A stretch of 63,948 bases of DNA, filler included, from Octopus bimaculoides (lineage: Eukaryota): the NCBI RefSeq assembly GCF_001194135.2. It is 6 parts of 6 records of this genome, joined end to end, with 100 filler letters (N's around TTAATTAATTAA, not from the genome) between each part and the next. Parts side by side here need not be neighbours in the genome. Positions count along the whole stretch, not along the records: positions 1 to 28,196 come from NC_068984.1; 5 more parts are not named here. One strand, written 5' to 3'. Of the stretch, positions 11,834 through 26,295 are shown one piece after another (the first letter of the stretch is position 1; each line of letters opens with the position of its first letter). Under the pieces are notes generated by a model. The model searched no databases. It saw nothing but the letters and a program-made list of their open reading frames with translations, and was not told the origin of the DNA. The position numbers and the translations under genes were made by a program.

Positions 11834-13407
11834 TTATATATATATGAAATTAAAGAACGTAGATATATATATACCTGTGTGTGTGTGTCTGTGCTTCTTT
11901 GTATGTATGTTTGTGCATGTGTGTTTGTATGTGTGAGTGTATGTGTGCGTGTGTGTGTGTGTGTCTTGCCAGTTGTGCATATGTAATGCGCATACATACA
12001 TGTTCACCTGCACCTCTCATACACACTCACTTATATTACTTATATACTTATACGTATTGTTGGTTTCTTATTTCTTTGCATGTAATCATTGTTCTGCTAT
12101 GATATTCGCTAATTTTCCAAACTGTTCCTATAGTTTTCATTAGCTGTTTCATGTAACGGTGTGTATCTGTAATTGCTGTTTACATTACCATTTGCTAAAT
12201 TTACCCACAAATCATGTCATCAGCGACAGCGCCACCTGCATTAGAATCTTCTTTAGTTTGGCTGTTTTATATCATTATATTTAATGTTATTTTGTCTTTT
12301 CTTTTGTGACTGTTTTTGTGTTTGCTCAATTTATTTCGTACTAAGTAGACATACACGCACCCATCTAGGATACTTCGTATCATCCGTTCATACACGTTCT
12401 GGGACAACCACACATATGCAGCTATCATATATGAGTGAGTTGGAGCGTGCGTATGTAACTATAGATATACACGCATCTACTTAGATATATAGATAGATAG
12501 TTAAATAGATAGATAGATAGATAGATAGATAGGTAGATATAAATATATATCAATACATAAATGCATACATTTTTATAAATCTCTCTCTCTCTCTCTCTCT
12601 CTCTCGCTCTCTCTCTCTCGCTCTCTCTCTCTCCCTCCNNNNNNNNNNNNNNNNNNNNNNNNNNNNNNNNNNNNNNNNNNNNNNNNNNNNNNNNNNNNNN
12701 NNNNNNNNNNNNNNNNNNNNNNNNNNNNNNNNNNNNNNNNNNNNNNNNNNNNNNNNNNNNNNNNNNNNNNNNNNNNNNNNNNNNNNNNNNNNNNNNNNNN
12801 NNNNNNNNNNNNNNNNNNNNNNNNNNNNNNNNNNNNNNNNNNNNNNNNNNNNNNNNNNNNNNNNNNNNNNNNNNNNNNNNNNNNNNNNNNNNNNNNNNNN
12901 NNNNNNNNNNNNNNNNNNNNNNNNNNNNNNNNNNNNNNNNNNNNNNNNNNNNNNNNNNNNNNNNNNNNNNNNNNNNNNNNNNNNNNNNNNNNNNNNNNNN
13001 NNNNNNNNNNNNNNNNNNNNNNNNNNNNNNNNNNNNNNNNNNNNNNNNNNNNNNNNNNNNNNNNNNNNNNNNNNNNNNNNNNNNNNNNNNNNNNNNNNNN
13101 NNNNNNNNNNNNNNNNNNNNNNNNNNNNNNNNNNNNNNNNNNNNNNNNNNNNNNNNNNNNNNNNNNNNNNNNNNNNNNNNNNNNNNNNNNNNNNNNNNNN
13201 NNNNNNNNNNNNNNNNNNNNNNNNNNNNNNNNNNNNNNNNNNNNNNNNNNNNNNNNNNNNNNNNNNNNNNNNNNNNNNNNNNNNNNNNNNNNNNNNNNNN
13301 NNNNNNNNNNNNNNNNNNNNNNNNNNNNNNNNNNNNNNNNNNNNNNNNNNNNNNNNNNNNNNNNNNNNNNNNNNNNNNNNNNNNNNNNNNNNNNNNNNNN
13401 NNNNNNN

Positions 13408-13471
<64 letters not shown>

Positions 13472-13519
13472 ACACATGTATATTAGGGAGAAAATGTGAA
13501 AGAAGAAAACTAAAGTTAA

Positions 13520-14400
13520 ATGTCTCACTTCTACTATTTGCTGCAACTGTCTTTCGGAATCTACCATGCAATGCCTTCTCCTACCAGTCAGAACTTCAGT
13601 TTTTTTTTCTGGTTTTTAACTTCGTATGGGCATTTAGTTTCCGTATTTCTTGCTGTAACTCTAGCAGCTTTTGATAAACTTTCTTCACTATTAACTACAT
13701 AAGAATATACATCTACTCTAGCTAACTTCACGCAGTCTTCTACTGATATTAACCCTCTTCCACCTTCTTTTCTAGGTAGGTATAATCTTGCTACACTTGT
13801 CCTTGGGTCGACTTCTCTATTCATATTGAATTCCTTCGTAGTTCTTCTGTCTAGCTTTGCTAATTCAGTTTTTGTCCAATCTACAAAAGCTGCTCAGTAT
13901 CTAAGTAATGATACTGTCCCAAGTATTTACAGCCTACACTAGATTCGGATTATTTAGCCTTGACTTCATTAGCTTCCTCATCTTTCTGATGTACTCCTCA
14001 ATTTTCGTTTTCATTTCTATAATTAGTACTCTGTGAGATTCTAATACTCCTAGGTATTTATAACTCTCTCCTTTCAATAATTTTAATGTCTGGTCATCTG
14101 GTAATTGGATGCCTTCGCTGTTGACTACCTGTCCCCTTCTCATGTATAATATTGCACACTTATCTATGCCAAATTTCATTCCTATATCTTTGCTGAAGTG
14201 TCTTACATCTCGTATTAAGGAATCTATCTTTTTTTCATTCTTACTAAAAAGCTTCAGATCAACCATGTAGAGCAAATGGCTAATTTTTCCATTGCTATTT
14301 CTGAACTGATACCCTGCTTTTGCCTTCCTTAATATTATACTGAGGGGTATCAATTCCTCTTTTGACATTAACTTTCCCTAAGAGTGTGTCACCTGAGTAG
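13520..14400 (-). mobile_element. R4/Dong-clade reverse transcriptase fragment
   Basis: ISHLLYMVDLKLF (degenerate YMDD), DIGMKFGIDKCA, YKYLG, RLYLPRKEGGRGLISVED, then ALHGRF; contains stops and frameshifts. Confidence 0.9.
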
Positions 14401-14848
14401 AGATCTACTTTCCATTTCTTCGTGCTGAAGCTAATTAATTCTCTTATGTTGTCTGCTATACTGAATGTACTCAGACATTCAATTATCCATGAGTGCGAGG
14501 TCGACTTCGCGGTTCGTCCTCTTAGAGTCGGTAAAATAAGTACCAGCTGAGCACTGGGAGTGATGTAATCGACTTACCTCTACCCAAGAAATTCTAGCCT
14601 TTTGCCAACATCTTAAAACCGATATTGAGGAGATCGTTTCGAATTAGAACCCTGCACAAGATGTTTATGAAGAATCATTTGCTATGTAAAATATAAATGA
14701 ATGGCGGTCGTAGATTTAGTGGTCATTACAGTGCTGGTGCTGGCGGTAACAGTCTTGACGCTGGTGACGGTGGTGATGGTGGTGGTAGCGGTTGTTTGTG
14801 GTCGCGTTGCTCCTGGATTGATGAGTGAGGACAAATATCTATTTTCAG

Positions 14849-14911
14849 ATCCCTGTATGTTCCATGTCAAACTTGTGCTCAACGCCTCCAGTGCTGGAAT
14901 ATTTCATTTAG
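14849..14911 (+). CDS. Candidate 63-nt phase 1-1 exon
   Basis: TATTTTCAG|...DPCMFHVKLVLNASSAGIFHL...AG|GTATAT. No protein recognised. Confidence 0.25.
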   Translation: MPVCSMSNLCSTPPVLEYFI

Positions 14912-15371
14912 GTATATTTTTCTTTATTGATTAAATGCACTCCTTCCTTTTTCTCTTTCTTTCTTACCTTCCTTCCTTCATTCTTTCTTCATTCATGTTT
15001 TTTTGCTTTGTTTTTTTTATTATTGGATTTCGCTTGTGTTTGATTGTTGTTTATTTTGCGTTTTTGTTGCTGTGTTTTTTTGTTTTTGAGACTACAGCTA
15101 CCTTACTGCTAAATGGTTAGTTGATGCTATTCTTGGTTATACAACTTCTGAACAATTGTCTTTTGCATCAACCACAAACACAATCATACAAACACTCAGT
15201 TACGTGCACGAACGTGTATGCACACACACACGCACATACATGTATGTATATATCTATACACATGCGAGCCCACACATGCATATGACACATATAGGTATAA
15301 ACAAGTAAATACACACATACACATCTATATTTACTCATAAGAATATATGTACACACACATATATTTATACA

Positions 15372-15437
<66 letters not shown>

Positions 15438-16047
15438 CATATGCATATATATATACACACACATATATATACACATATATATATATGTATATATATGTAT
15501 GTATGTATGTATGTATNNNNNNNNNNNNNNNNNNNNNNNNNNNNNNNNNNNNNNNNNNNNNNNNNNNNNNNNNNNNNNNNNNNNNNNNNNNNNNNNNNNN
15601 NNNNNNNNNNNNNNNNNNNNNNNNNNNNNNNNNNNNNNNNNNNNNNNNNNNNNNNNNNNNATATATATATATATATATATATACATATGCATATATATAT
15701 ACACACACATATATATACACATATATATATATGTATATATATATTTGTGTGTACACAAATGTGTGCCCACGAACTCACACAGGAGCACTCTCATACACAT
15801 TGATATGTATACTTCTCAGAATCATTATTTATTGTACGATGTTTAATGTAAAAAAAAAAATTATATACTTTATTACCATATTTATGTGTTTATATCCTTG
15901 TAATGAACGCAAAGAATATCACCACACTAACTTTTCAAAGACTAGAGTATTGTTTGTCATATGTTGGGTGACATAAGATATATTGTTTAGCCACCATAGG
16001 TAATATTTGGACATATGGTATATATTCTTTTATTCCCTTATTTTTTT

Positions 16048-16387
16048 TTTACTTGTTCAGTCATTTGAGCGCTGCCATGCTGGGTTATACAACTCCTGAC
16101 GGGTTTTAATCGAAATGACTCCTGAACTTACTAATTCTATTAGTTCGTTTTCCAATCCACTAAGTTACGAGGAAGTAAACAAACCAACATCGGTTGTCAA
16201 GCGATATTGGGGGTCAAACATACACACAGACTTCTTTCAGTTTCCTTCTATCAAATCCAATCACAAGGCTTTGGTCGACGGAGACTAGAGTAAAACACAT
16301 TTGCCCATGGTACCATGTCACACAGTGGGAGTGAACCCGGAACCGTGTGGTTGACAAGCAAGCTTCTTACCACACAGCCACACCTGC
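16048..16387 (-). mobile_element. SINE family A, diverged
   Basis: Reverse-complement match to family A head, body and tail. Partial copies also at about 220-440, 4310-4520, 28310-28470, 29490-29650, 34430-34610, 50960-51115, 52140-52330 and 61795-61945. Confidence 0.8.
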
Positions 16388-16780
16388 ATATAAAAATGTA
16401 CAATAATTATGATTTAACTGTGTGCAAATTTCTTGGTGCTTACACAAAACAATGAAATGAAAACTAATTTTTCAAAAGAAAAATATTTTTTTTCCTTGAA
16501 ATAAAATTGAATAAAACAAATTTCTAATTTGTATAACACCCTCATGACTATCCTGACATATATTCCATCACCTTCTCGTCTGTTTCCTTGATTTACTGTG
16601 TATGGCAGTGTGTGTAGCGTTACTTTACTCATTGCCTGCCACCTAGCTTAGTATGTGCATTCACCTGCACCTCTTTTGTATGTTTCTTTTGCTTTCTCTC
16701 CACTTTCCCTGTACGATGGAAAACATGACTGAAGACATAGATAAACCAGCCGCATTATATTGGGTATTAATTGTACAGAG

Positions 16781-16885
<105 letters not shown>

Positions 16886-16887
16886 GA

Positions 16888-17375
16888 TAAGGTGGCGAGC
16901 NNNNNNNNNNNNNNNNNNNNNNNNNNNNNNNNNNNNNNNNNNNNNNNNNNNNNNNNNNNNNNNNNNNNNNNNNNNNNNNNNNNTTCTGTGTTCAAATTCT
17001 GCCGAGGTCGACTTTGCCTTTCATCCTCTTGGGGTCGATAAATTAAGTACCAGTGAAGCACTGCAGTCGATGTAATTGACTAGTCCCTTCCCCCAAAATT
17101 TCAGGCCTTGTGCCTATAATAGAAAGTATTATTATTATTGTTTCATTTTATTAAGGAATGTACGGCAAGCTGGTAGAATCGTTAGCAAACCGGATGCAAT
17201 GCTTAGCGGCATTTCGTCCGTCTTCATGTTCTGAGTTCAAATTCCGCTGAGGTCGAGCTTATCTTTCATCCTCTCGGGGGTTGATATAATAAGTACTAGT
17301 TGAATGCTGGGGTCGATGTAATCGACTTATCCCCTCCACCCAAAAAGTTGACTTTGTGCCACAGTCTGAAACCAT
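16888..17375 (+). mobile_element. Two tandem SINE family B copies separated by (ATT)n
   Basis: Copies at about 16888-17125 (gapped) and about 17160-17375. Confidence 0.8.
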
Positions 17376-17404
17376 TATTATTAAAGTATGTATGTATGTA
17401 TGTA

Positions 17405-17600
17405 CGAGGGGGTGCTAAAAAGTTGGCTTTGGATAAAAGAAAATACAGGAGGATCAGTTAATTATGATTTCATTCAACGTATTCCTCTCTCAGATTCACA
17501 CACTTAATGCAACAGTCATTCAGTTTTTCTATGCCCTGTAAAAGAATGCGGAAGGTTAAGCCTTCACGTAGGCCTTTCGCGATATTAAAGCCAGGAACTT
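17405..17600 (-). mobile_element. Mariner 3' end with TIR
   Basis: TA-CGAGGGGGTGCTAAAAAGTT terminus; minus frame ...QGIEKLNDCCIKCVNLREEYVE* resembles the mariner transposase C-terminus. Confidence 0.75.
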
Positions 17601-18224
17601 GTGTGTGTGTGTGTGTACAGAGATATGTACACTGATTTTTAACTCGTTGCTGTACATTCATACGTAAAAGGTATTCATTACAGGATATTGTCTCGAAGAA
17701 ACCTTTTCTTCTCATAGACTTTGTTTGGATAAGAACATCGACCACTGCTCCTAGTGATGTCGGCTGGCAATCAGACATGGTGCTTAGAGTGTGATTTCGT
17801 CTCTTCAGTAAAAGTAAAGTTTTCTTCTCGAGTCACACCAACTCATAAGGGCCGGTTTACTGGTTTATGCATTCCCCACCTGAATAGGACGCCGGTCCGT
17901 CGTAGGATTACTAATTTTTGCCAGCGGAGTGGAGCAACATGAAATGAATTGTTTTTCTCAAGAATACAACGCATTGCCCAGTCCAGGAATCGAACCCACA
18001 ATCTTACGATCACGAGTCCAACACCATAACCACTAAGCCATGCGCCTCCACTCATCTCTTCCATGACAGGAACTCTCTCAGTCATTTTGATACTTTGAGG
18101 AAACTTTTGTCCCAAAATATCAAAAACAATATATTTGTCAGTGTGTGTTGAGGCTTGCGAAGCAATAAGTTATTTAACACAAGAACACGAACGAAGCAGC
18201 GAGGATCTATATGTAATGTGTGTG

Positions 18225-18271
<47 letters not shown>

Positions 18272-21102
18272 TTATCCGTATGTATATTTTTCATGACTGG
18301 TTATTGAATGAATAATTAGTATCTCTTTCATTTGTAGAATATTTGAGAACTCTATATCGAGATTATTATTTTGTAGTCTTCAGTTGCAGATATTAATGTC
18401 AGCATTGTATGTATTCAATTAGTCGGTGTTCACTGAAAATTTTCTCTTTGGTTTGTAAATAATCCTAGGAGATGAAACAATTTTCTGGAGACACTGCATT
18501 TGAAATACCTTCTTAATGTTGACCATACCATGGACATATACAGGAAATTGGTAAAATAGATGAGCAGATACAAGAGTATCTTCACTTATTGTTTGAGCCT
18601 TATGCTTCTACACTTTTGATTGTAGATGTCTTGGGAATGGTGGCAATGTACATGTGTGTGGGAATAGCTTAGCTTTAGTACAGAGCTTTTTATACGATCT
18701 ATTGAGAATGGGTAGAGGTCAGGTAGTTTGTGTGCATTAAGATTTGTGACTGATGGCTTATGGTTTGTAGTTTCAAGACCTCTATAGAAGTACGTTTTTT
18801 GGCTTTCAATGGGGCTTACCTTTGAAAAATTCAAGTGCACAATAATTTGAGTGAGTGCAGTGACTGAAAAGTGATGTTATGTCTAAAGGAAGTAGCCGAA
18901 TGTTTTGTGGTCTATCAGCGGAATGTTCGTTAGTATAGAAACATTTGAAATTGTTTTGCCATGTCTCTAGGCGTGATCAATGCAGACAATTTGTTCTACA
19001 TTGTCTCAATTTGCCCTAGCGGTTCGTAATAGGTACCAGAAAGTCTGGGAATTTGCTTATGATCCGATCGTATCAGACCAATAAATTTACGGTTTGTAGA
19101 AACTATGAAATTAATATCACCAATAATCATTCTCTTTTCTCACACTCCTCGCTCTCACGTTCCGCTTTCTCGCTCTTTCACTTTCTCGATTTTTCTTTTT
19201 CTTTCAATCCAAATGATTTAATATGTTGTATGTATTTTTTTTATAAGATTGGCTGAAATGACACTTATGTTTACGTTATAGATAAACACAACACATTGCA
19301 ATTGGGATCAATTACGATAACCATAATAAAGATATTATGTTTTATTTAGTTCATTGTAAGGCAACGAACCCATGTAAAAAGTTTAGTCTTCATGTGTGTA
19401 CCAATATCTAGTAAGTTTGACAGCTTACCTACTTCCATGCTGTACTCTTACAAGAAAAATCTCTGAATTGCAGGCTTACAAAGGTTTATAGAGTTGTTGT
19501 TGTTGGCACTCTGTCACTTACGACGTCGAGGGTTCCAGTTGATCCGATCAACGGGACAGCCTGCTCGTGAAATTAACGTGCAAGTGGCTGAGCACTCCAC
19601 AAACACGTGTACCCTTAACGTAGTTCTCGTAGATATTCAGCGTGACACAGTGTGACGAGGCTGACCCTTTGAATTACAGGCACAAGAGAAACAGGAAGTA
19701 AGAGTTAGAGAAAGTTGTGGTGAAAGAGTACAGCAGGGTTCGCTGTATTGCCACTTACATATTAAGTAATTGCGTTCGCTGTATTGCTGCTTACATATTA
19801 AGTAATGGCGAGCATCTACATAAACAGTACTTGTTCATAGTAAGATGGGATGAGCCGTTTGATATTTAAGTGTGCTGATTACTGATGCAATTTACTGCGA
19901 TTGATAGGATACTAGAGAGCCCCTTCAGGCATGAGAGACCATGGGATTGCACCTAGAAAGTTCCCATCCGAGGCACAAGTCCGGGCAAGGTTGTTTATAG
20001 AAGACCAGCAGTCACCCATGCATACCAGCCTCCCCTCATCACACTATTATATGTACATAAGGTAAGGGTTAAAGACCCCTTCGGTCATGAATGACCATAG
20101 GATTCCTCCTAGAAAGTTCCCCTCCGAGGCACAAGTCCGGGCAAGGTTATATGTGGAAAACTAGTAGTCGCTCATGCATACCAGCCTCCTCTCTCTATGC
20201 CACCGATGTTATCCAAAGGAAAGGTAAAGTCTGATAGAGCTTGGCACTAGTGATGCGCAACTCATTTCTACAGCTGACTGAACTGGAGCAATGTGAAATA
20301 AAGTGTCTTGCTCAAGAACACAACACACAGCCCTATCTGGGAAACGAACTCACTACCTTACGATCGTTAGCTCGACGCTCTAAACACTGAGTCATGCACT
20401 GATAGGATATATACTACTAAATTGTTATTCAGTTGTCGACTCGCACATCGGTACTCTTGAAAATTGGTTAATATTTAACTATTTTTTTGAATAATTATTT
20501 AGTGCAGTCATAGATAAACTACAGCCCGCGGGGCTTTCTGAATGACACGCCTAAACGAAAAATTACCTTGAAACCTTTTAGTAGTGCGATCCACCTGATA
20601 ATGATTCATGTTTCATGCCATCCGCTTCTCGAAAAGGTTCCTTATGCCTGATTTAGCGTAAGGTAGGCCAGATCGAGTGGATCTACGACACGTATTGGTT
20701 GCATGACTAAATGCGATTTTTAGATCTATTGCTTTATATATAGTCTGCTATCTAGTGCAAGATTGTACTGTGAATCTGACTTGCAATAGGTTATCGAACG
20801 TGGTACAGAATGACGGTGTGGGCATTCATGAACTTTTTTATTTGTCTGAATAATCTGTTTTTGTTTGCATGATAGGTTAATGTGATGAACATATCGAGGG
20901 TGGTTAAAGGTGACCTCAGTTATAGTGCTACATTTTATTTATTTCTTGGTGTGCATCTGAGCCCAGTATTTCGGACTTCCTATGTCACTGATTCTGCTGT
21001 GGATAATATTTAAATCGGTGTTGTAACAATGTTTTATGTAGTGTAGACATATTTAAATTTCGGTAGAGATAATTATAACAAGCTATGAAAATTCATAATG
21101 TT

Positions 21103-21173
<71 letters not shown>

Positions 21174-21930
21174 CCTGATACAGTTAAAATTTGCACCAAA
21201 GGCTTCCAAATTCACCTAAATTTTGTGAGTAAAATATCTTGTGACACTTAGAAAGTTGGCAATTGCTAAATCGCTGTGTTCCGCTCACATGGGAACAATG
21301 AGTGCATGTATTTTCATTTTTTGTCTTATTAATTTTTCTGTCAAGTGGTGATATGAAATAAATAAAAAAAAAACTCTATTTATTTGTTTGAAGAGTGAAA
21401 TATAATAAGTGCCCTCAAATATCCCACGTAACCCTATCTATCTATCTATCTATCTACATACATACATATATTTAGACACACACACACACATATATATACA
21501 TGTGTCACTAAATGTGACTAGGGTGTTAGAAACACCTATATTGTTAGAAATAAGGGCTAAAATGCTCTAATGCTGTACTCAACGCACAGATATGTAAACA
21601 AATAAACTGACAGGGACCTGAAGTGTTTTTATTGGAGCGGTAAAACACGAAGTAGGCAACGCTATAAATAATAGCATGTAAATATTGGGTAATAAAATAA
21701 AAAAAGAAACGTTTGAAAAGAAAAAGTCGAATGCGGTCTAATGGTAAAACATCGATCACGTTTGTAGAAGATGTGGGTCCATGTCCCAGAGTTGCCTTCG
21801 ACTTGCTATACAAAAGGTTTTTTCAACCAATATTTACACGGTAATATTTATAGTTTTATATGCTTCAGGTTTCACCGTTCCGAAAAGAAATTATTTAATG
21901 TTCTCACGATGTTCATAATTTCCACTGATG

Positions 21931-21977
<47 letters not shown>

Positions 21978-22315
21978 TTTTATTACTGCTGCACAATTAT
22001 CACAAGACTATCACTCAGAGTTTCACGTTCCCGTTCCACGAACGGGAACGTTAATATCTGAGCATATTACTCTACCTTTGGTATTCGAGTACCATTTTTA
22101 CCACCTTATTTTGCATTTATGTGCTCACCTGTGTGTAGATATATATATATGTATATTGATAGTACTAAATTTTGCCTTTACCTTTACTCATTGAATAAGC
22201 CTCTAAAGGCGAAACTTAGTGTTACATTTAATCCACTATTATTAATAAATTTTACTCTAACGCATGTATAGAGTTCCAGCAAATGTTTTTTCAATAATTC
22301 GATCAACACAAGTAA

Positions 22316-22366
<51 letters not shown>

Positions 22367-23319
22367 TTACATGCATATGATATGTATATATATTATTATA
22401 TATATGTGTCTATATATACAAGCACAAGCATATATATCTATGTATATGAGATATGTGTGTGTGTGTGTGTGTGTGTGTGAGTGTTTGTGTGTGCGTGTGT
22501 ATGCATGTGGGTGTGCATTGATAAGGAAGTATACGCAGAGTCAAAGAAGCGGGATATGGCTGTGGTGGAGGACCTAGTTACAAAACTGCTCAGACAATCT
22601 GACAAGTATGAGACTAGCCAGAGATTAGAAGGCAACCCTATTTTGCACTCGGACATAAATCAATACAATGTTGCTTCTTGAATGGTGGGGTGTGTGGATA
22701 TGGCGATAGGAGGGAGGAAACGGTCCGTGGGATGGGGGTCCGCTTCTCCTGAATTGCTTTTTCTATACATGTGCGTATATCGATGGNNNNNNNNNNNNNN
22801 NNNNNNNNNNNNNNNNNNNNNNNNNNNNNNNNNNNNNNNNNNNNNNNNNNNNNNNNNNNNNNNNNNNNNNNNNNNNNNNNNNNNNNNNNNNNNNNNNNNN
22901 NNNNNNNNNNNNNNNNNNNNNNNNNNNNNNNNNNNNNNNNNNNNNNNNNNNNNNNNNNNNNNNNNNNNNNNNNNNNNNNNNNNNNNNNNNNNNNNNNNNN
23001 NNNNNNNNNNNNNNNNNNNNNNNNNNNNNNNNNNNNNNNNNNNNNNNNNNNNNNNNNNNNNNNNNNNNNNNNNNNNNNNNNNNNNNNNNNNNNNNNNNNN
23101 NNNNNNNNNNNNNNNNNNNNNNNNNNNNNNNNNNNNNNNNNNNNNNNNNNNNNNNNNNNNNNNNNNNNNNNNNNNNNNNNNNNNNNNNNNNNNNNNNNNN
23201 NNNNNNNNNNNNNNNNNNNNNNNNNNNNNNNNNNNNNNNNNNNNNNNNNNNNNNNNNNNNNNNNNNNNNNNNNNNNNNNNNNNNNNNNNNNNNNNNNNNN
23301 NNNNNNNNNNNNNNNNNNN

Positions 23320-23374
<55 letters not shown>

Positions 23375-23940
23375 AGGAAATATGAAATAATCTGTATGAA
23401 TGACGAAAAAGGACCTGTGTGAGAGTTTGCATTGTATGCAGGCGTGTGTATGTGAATGTGGTACAGAAAGTATAACTGAATGCATTACTGTCGAAGAATT
23501 GTGTGTATGTTTGTGTGTATGCGTGTGTGAGAATTTTGTTTGTGTAAGTGTGAATTTCGTATGTCGTGAGTTATATGACCACTAAACTACGTCTGTTTTC
23601 CGTTTCGTATTCGTGAATGAGTTTGCCTTTCGTGTTGTTATTGTTGTTGATGTTTTTGCTGTTTATCCACAGGTTACCCCGGGTCTGTGATAAGAGTCAT
23701 TCCAATAGTGTCCATGTCCATTTTTCTGTATCTTTGCAAACATTCCAAATTTATTTTAGAGTGATCTAGCTTCTATTTCAGGCAGGTCAATCAGCCAAAT
23801 ACTCACTTCCTCATTGATTCTAGCTTTCAATTGATATTTTTGTTGATCAGCATTGGTTGAGAAAGCCTATATTCAAAAATGTTCCGCTCAAAACAATTCC
23901 ATCATCTTCTAATATAATAATGAGCGTAGTGTTTATACCC

Positions 23941-23995
<55 letters not shown>

Positions 23996-24194
23996 TATAT
24001 ATATGTATTTAAAATAATAAATGATTATATGCATATATACGTACAAGTATGTGCATACCTACATCTACCTGTATATATAGGTGCATATCTGGGTACAGGC
24101 CGTTGCAAACAAAACTTAGACAAAAAAAAAATAATAATAATAACCAGAGTATAGAAAACACACAGGTCACATAGAGAACATTTTCCTTCATCAG

Positions 24195-24271
24195 CTGCCA
24201 CCATTCTAACACAGGCGTTTCGAAGAGTTTTGTCCAGAATCACGCCGGACGCGGAAGAGGAGAGAAAATAG
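24195..24271 (+). CDS. Candidate terminal exon
   Basis: TTTTCCTTCATCAG|CT GCC...; xATILTQAFRRVLSRITPDAEEERK*. No protein recognised. Confidence 0.25.
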
Positions 24272-25618
24272 CAATTCAGTGAAGAAGTAGTGAGAGTAAT
24301 AGCCCTGACTGAGAGGGAGTGATTGAAAGCAATAGCAAGGAGAGAAAGGAAGGGGTGATGGATGAATAAAGAAAGAAGGGGTGATGGATGAATAAAGAAG
24401 GAAGGGGTGGAAAAAATCAGCGCTTCAACTCTGTGTGAACATTTGTGTGTATGTGTGTGCATATACAAGGGAAGGATGTGAATGTTTGTATGCATGATTA
24501 CTATGTACCTTATATTTTGTACCTTATTTATATATAAAATACTACAATTAACCGTCATTATTGACGGCACGTGGTCAGCTAGTTTTATATAATTTTCTTC
24601 TCTTTGTCTTTTTACTTCTTTCAGTCATTGGACAGCAGCCATGCTATAGAAATGCTTTGAAAAGATTTTAGGCTATTCACTAATTAACGGAGGCGTAAAC
24701 AAACATACACATCTAGCCAAGAGGTACTGGGGAACAGGCATAGGCCCAATAACACAAACACCTATACATATAAATATATACGGGACTTCTACTCACTTTG
24801 TACGAGGAGAGTATGTAACATGTTATTTGAGATATATTTGACTCCTCTTTCTTGCAGGTCTAACAAGCGCATGAAGGCTCCTTTACTGGTCCATGTATGT
24901 ACGCGCGAGTGTATGTTTCTGAACGTAATTCCACGTATGTTACGCTAGGTACGCTATGAAAAGGGCTCTGTAAATTCAAAAGTCATGAGTGGTGAGGAAT
25001 GTACATACCTCTGGACCCTAGTGCTTCATTTCAAAGAGAGGAAGAGAATGAAAGAGAGAGAGAGTGAGAGAGAGAAAAGGAATGGCGGGAAAAGAGAAAG
25101 TCTGTCGCGTCCGCTAACCGTTTATCTCTGTGTATATCAATGTATATCTATGTGTGTGTATGTATGTGTGTATATGTATATAATTCAAATCTCCAATCTA
25201 AATATATTCCACTTGGAAGATAACACTAATTTCATGTTCACTTGTCAATATCGTCAAATTAAAGCACATCAATATGTAACGAAACAATATCTATATAGTA
25301 ATAATCTAAGCCCGAATGCATTATGCTGTCTCGTGGTTATTTAAAGGAAGAGGCGAAGAGTGAGTGAAAAAGAGGGAGAGCGGTGTTAACGATGTGTAGT
25401 AGTGGGGAAGTAATAGTTATCACGCTAAGACCGAATGTGTGACGCTCACACGTGGTTAGTTCAAGAAAGAGGCGAAAAGAAAGGGAGAGTGAGAAAGAGA
25501 GGGGTGGAATGTTAACGTTGAGATCCAAGAGAATGATATTGCTATTACGTTGAAAGTAGAAATAGAGAGATATAAACATTTTTAAGTACAAGGACATGTG
25601 GTATAGTTGAAACAAAAA

Positions 25619-25670
<52 letters not shown>

Positions 25671-25984
25671 TGTGTGTGTGTGTGTTGACTGAAAGGAACG
25701 CGGGTGTTGAAAGCAGTTACATGATTTTGAACGTAGAACAATAGAATATCATGACACAATACAAATAAAAATTTACTTGTTACAAGTTTTAATGTTATAG
25801 ATTTTCCATATCTTCAATCTGTTGATATATCTATGTGGACAGCTAGATTCATTGACGGACAGAAGATAGAAACACGGTCGGCTAGATATATTGATACAGT
25901 TAACTGAAAGTGAAACAACCATAGCAAATAGCTGTGGATGTTACTTCGACATTTCTATGTATAATAGTGCAGAAGCTAAGTCAT

Positions 25985-26295
25985 GTGAAGGCGCATGGCT
26001 CAATGTTAGAGCGTCGGACTCACAAACATGAGGTTGTGAGTTCGATTCCCAGATAGGGCTGTGTGTTGTGTTCTTGAGCAAGACACTTTATTTCACGTTG
26101 CTCCAGTTCACTCAGCTGTAGAGATGAGCTGCGATGTCACTGGTGCAAAGCTGTATTGGCCTTTGCCTTTCCCTTGGATAATATCGGTGGCATGGAGAGA
26201 GGAGGCTGGTATGCATGGGCGACTACTGGTCTTCCATAAACATCTTTGCCGGACTTGTGCCACGGAGGAGAATTTTATAGGTGCAATCCATGGTC
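25985..26295 (+). mobile_element. tRNA-headed CORE-like SINE family C
   Basis: GGCGCATGGCTCAA...GTTCGATTCCC head and TGTTCTTGAGCAAGACACTT core. Related copies at 20070-20400 (-, with duplicated 3' part at 19920-20040) and 17806-18051 (-, different body). Confidence 0.8.

Noticed and set aside
21727-21790. tRNA-like A/B boxes (GGTCTAATGGTAA...GGGTCCATGTCCC)
   Set aside because: No cloverleaf; at best a decayed SINE head. All other tRNA-like motifs are SINE heads.
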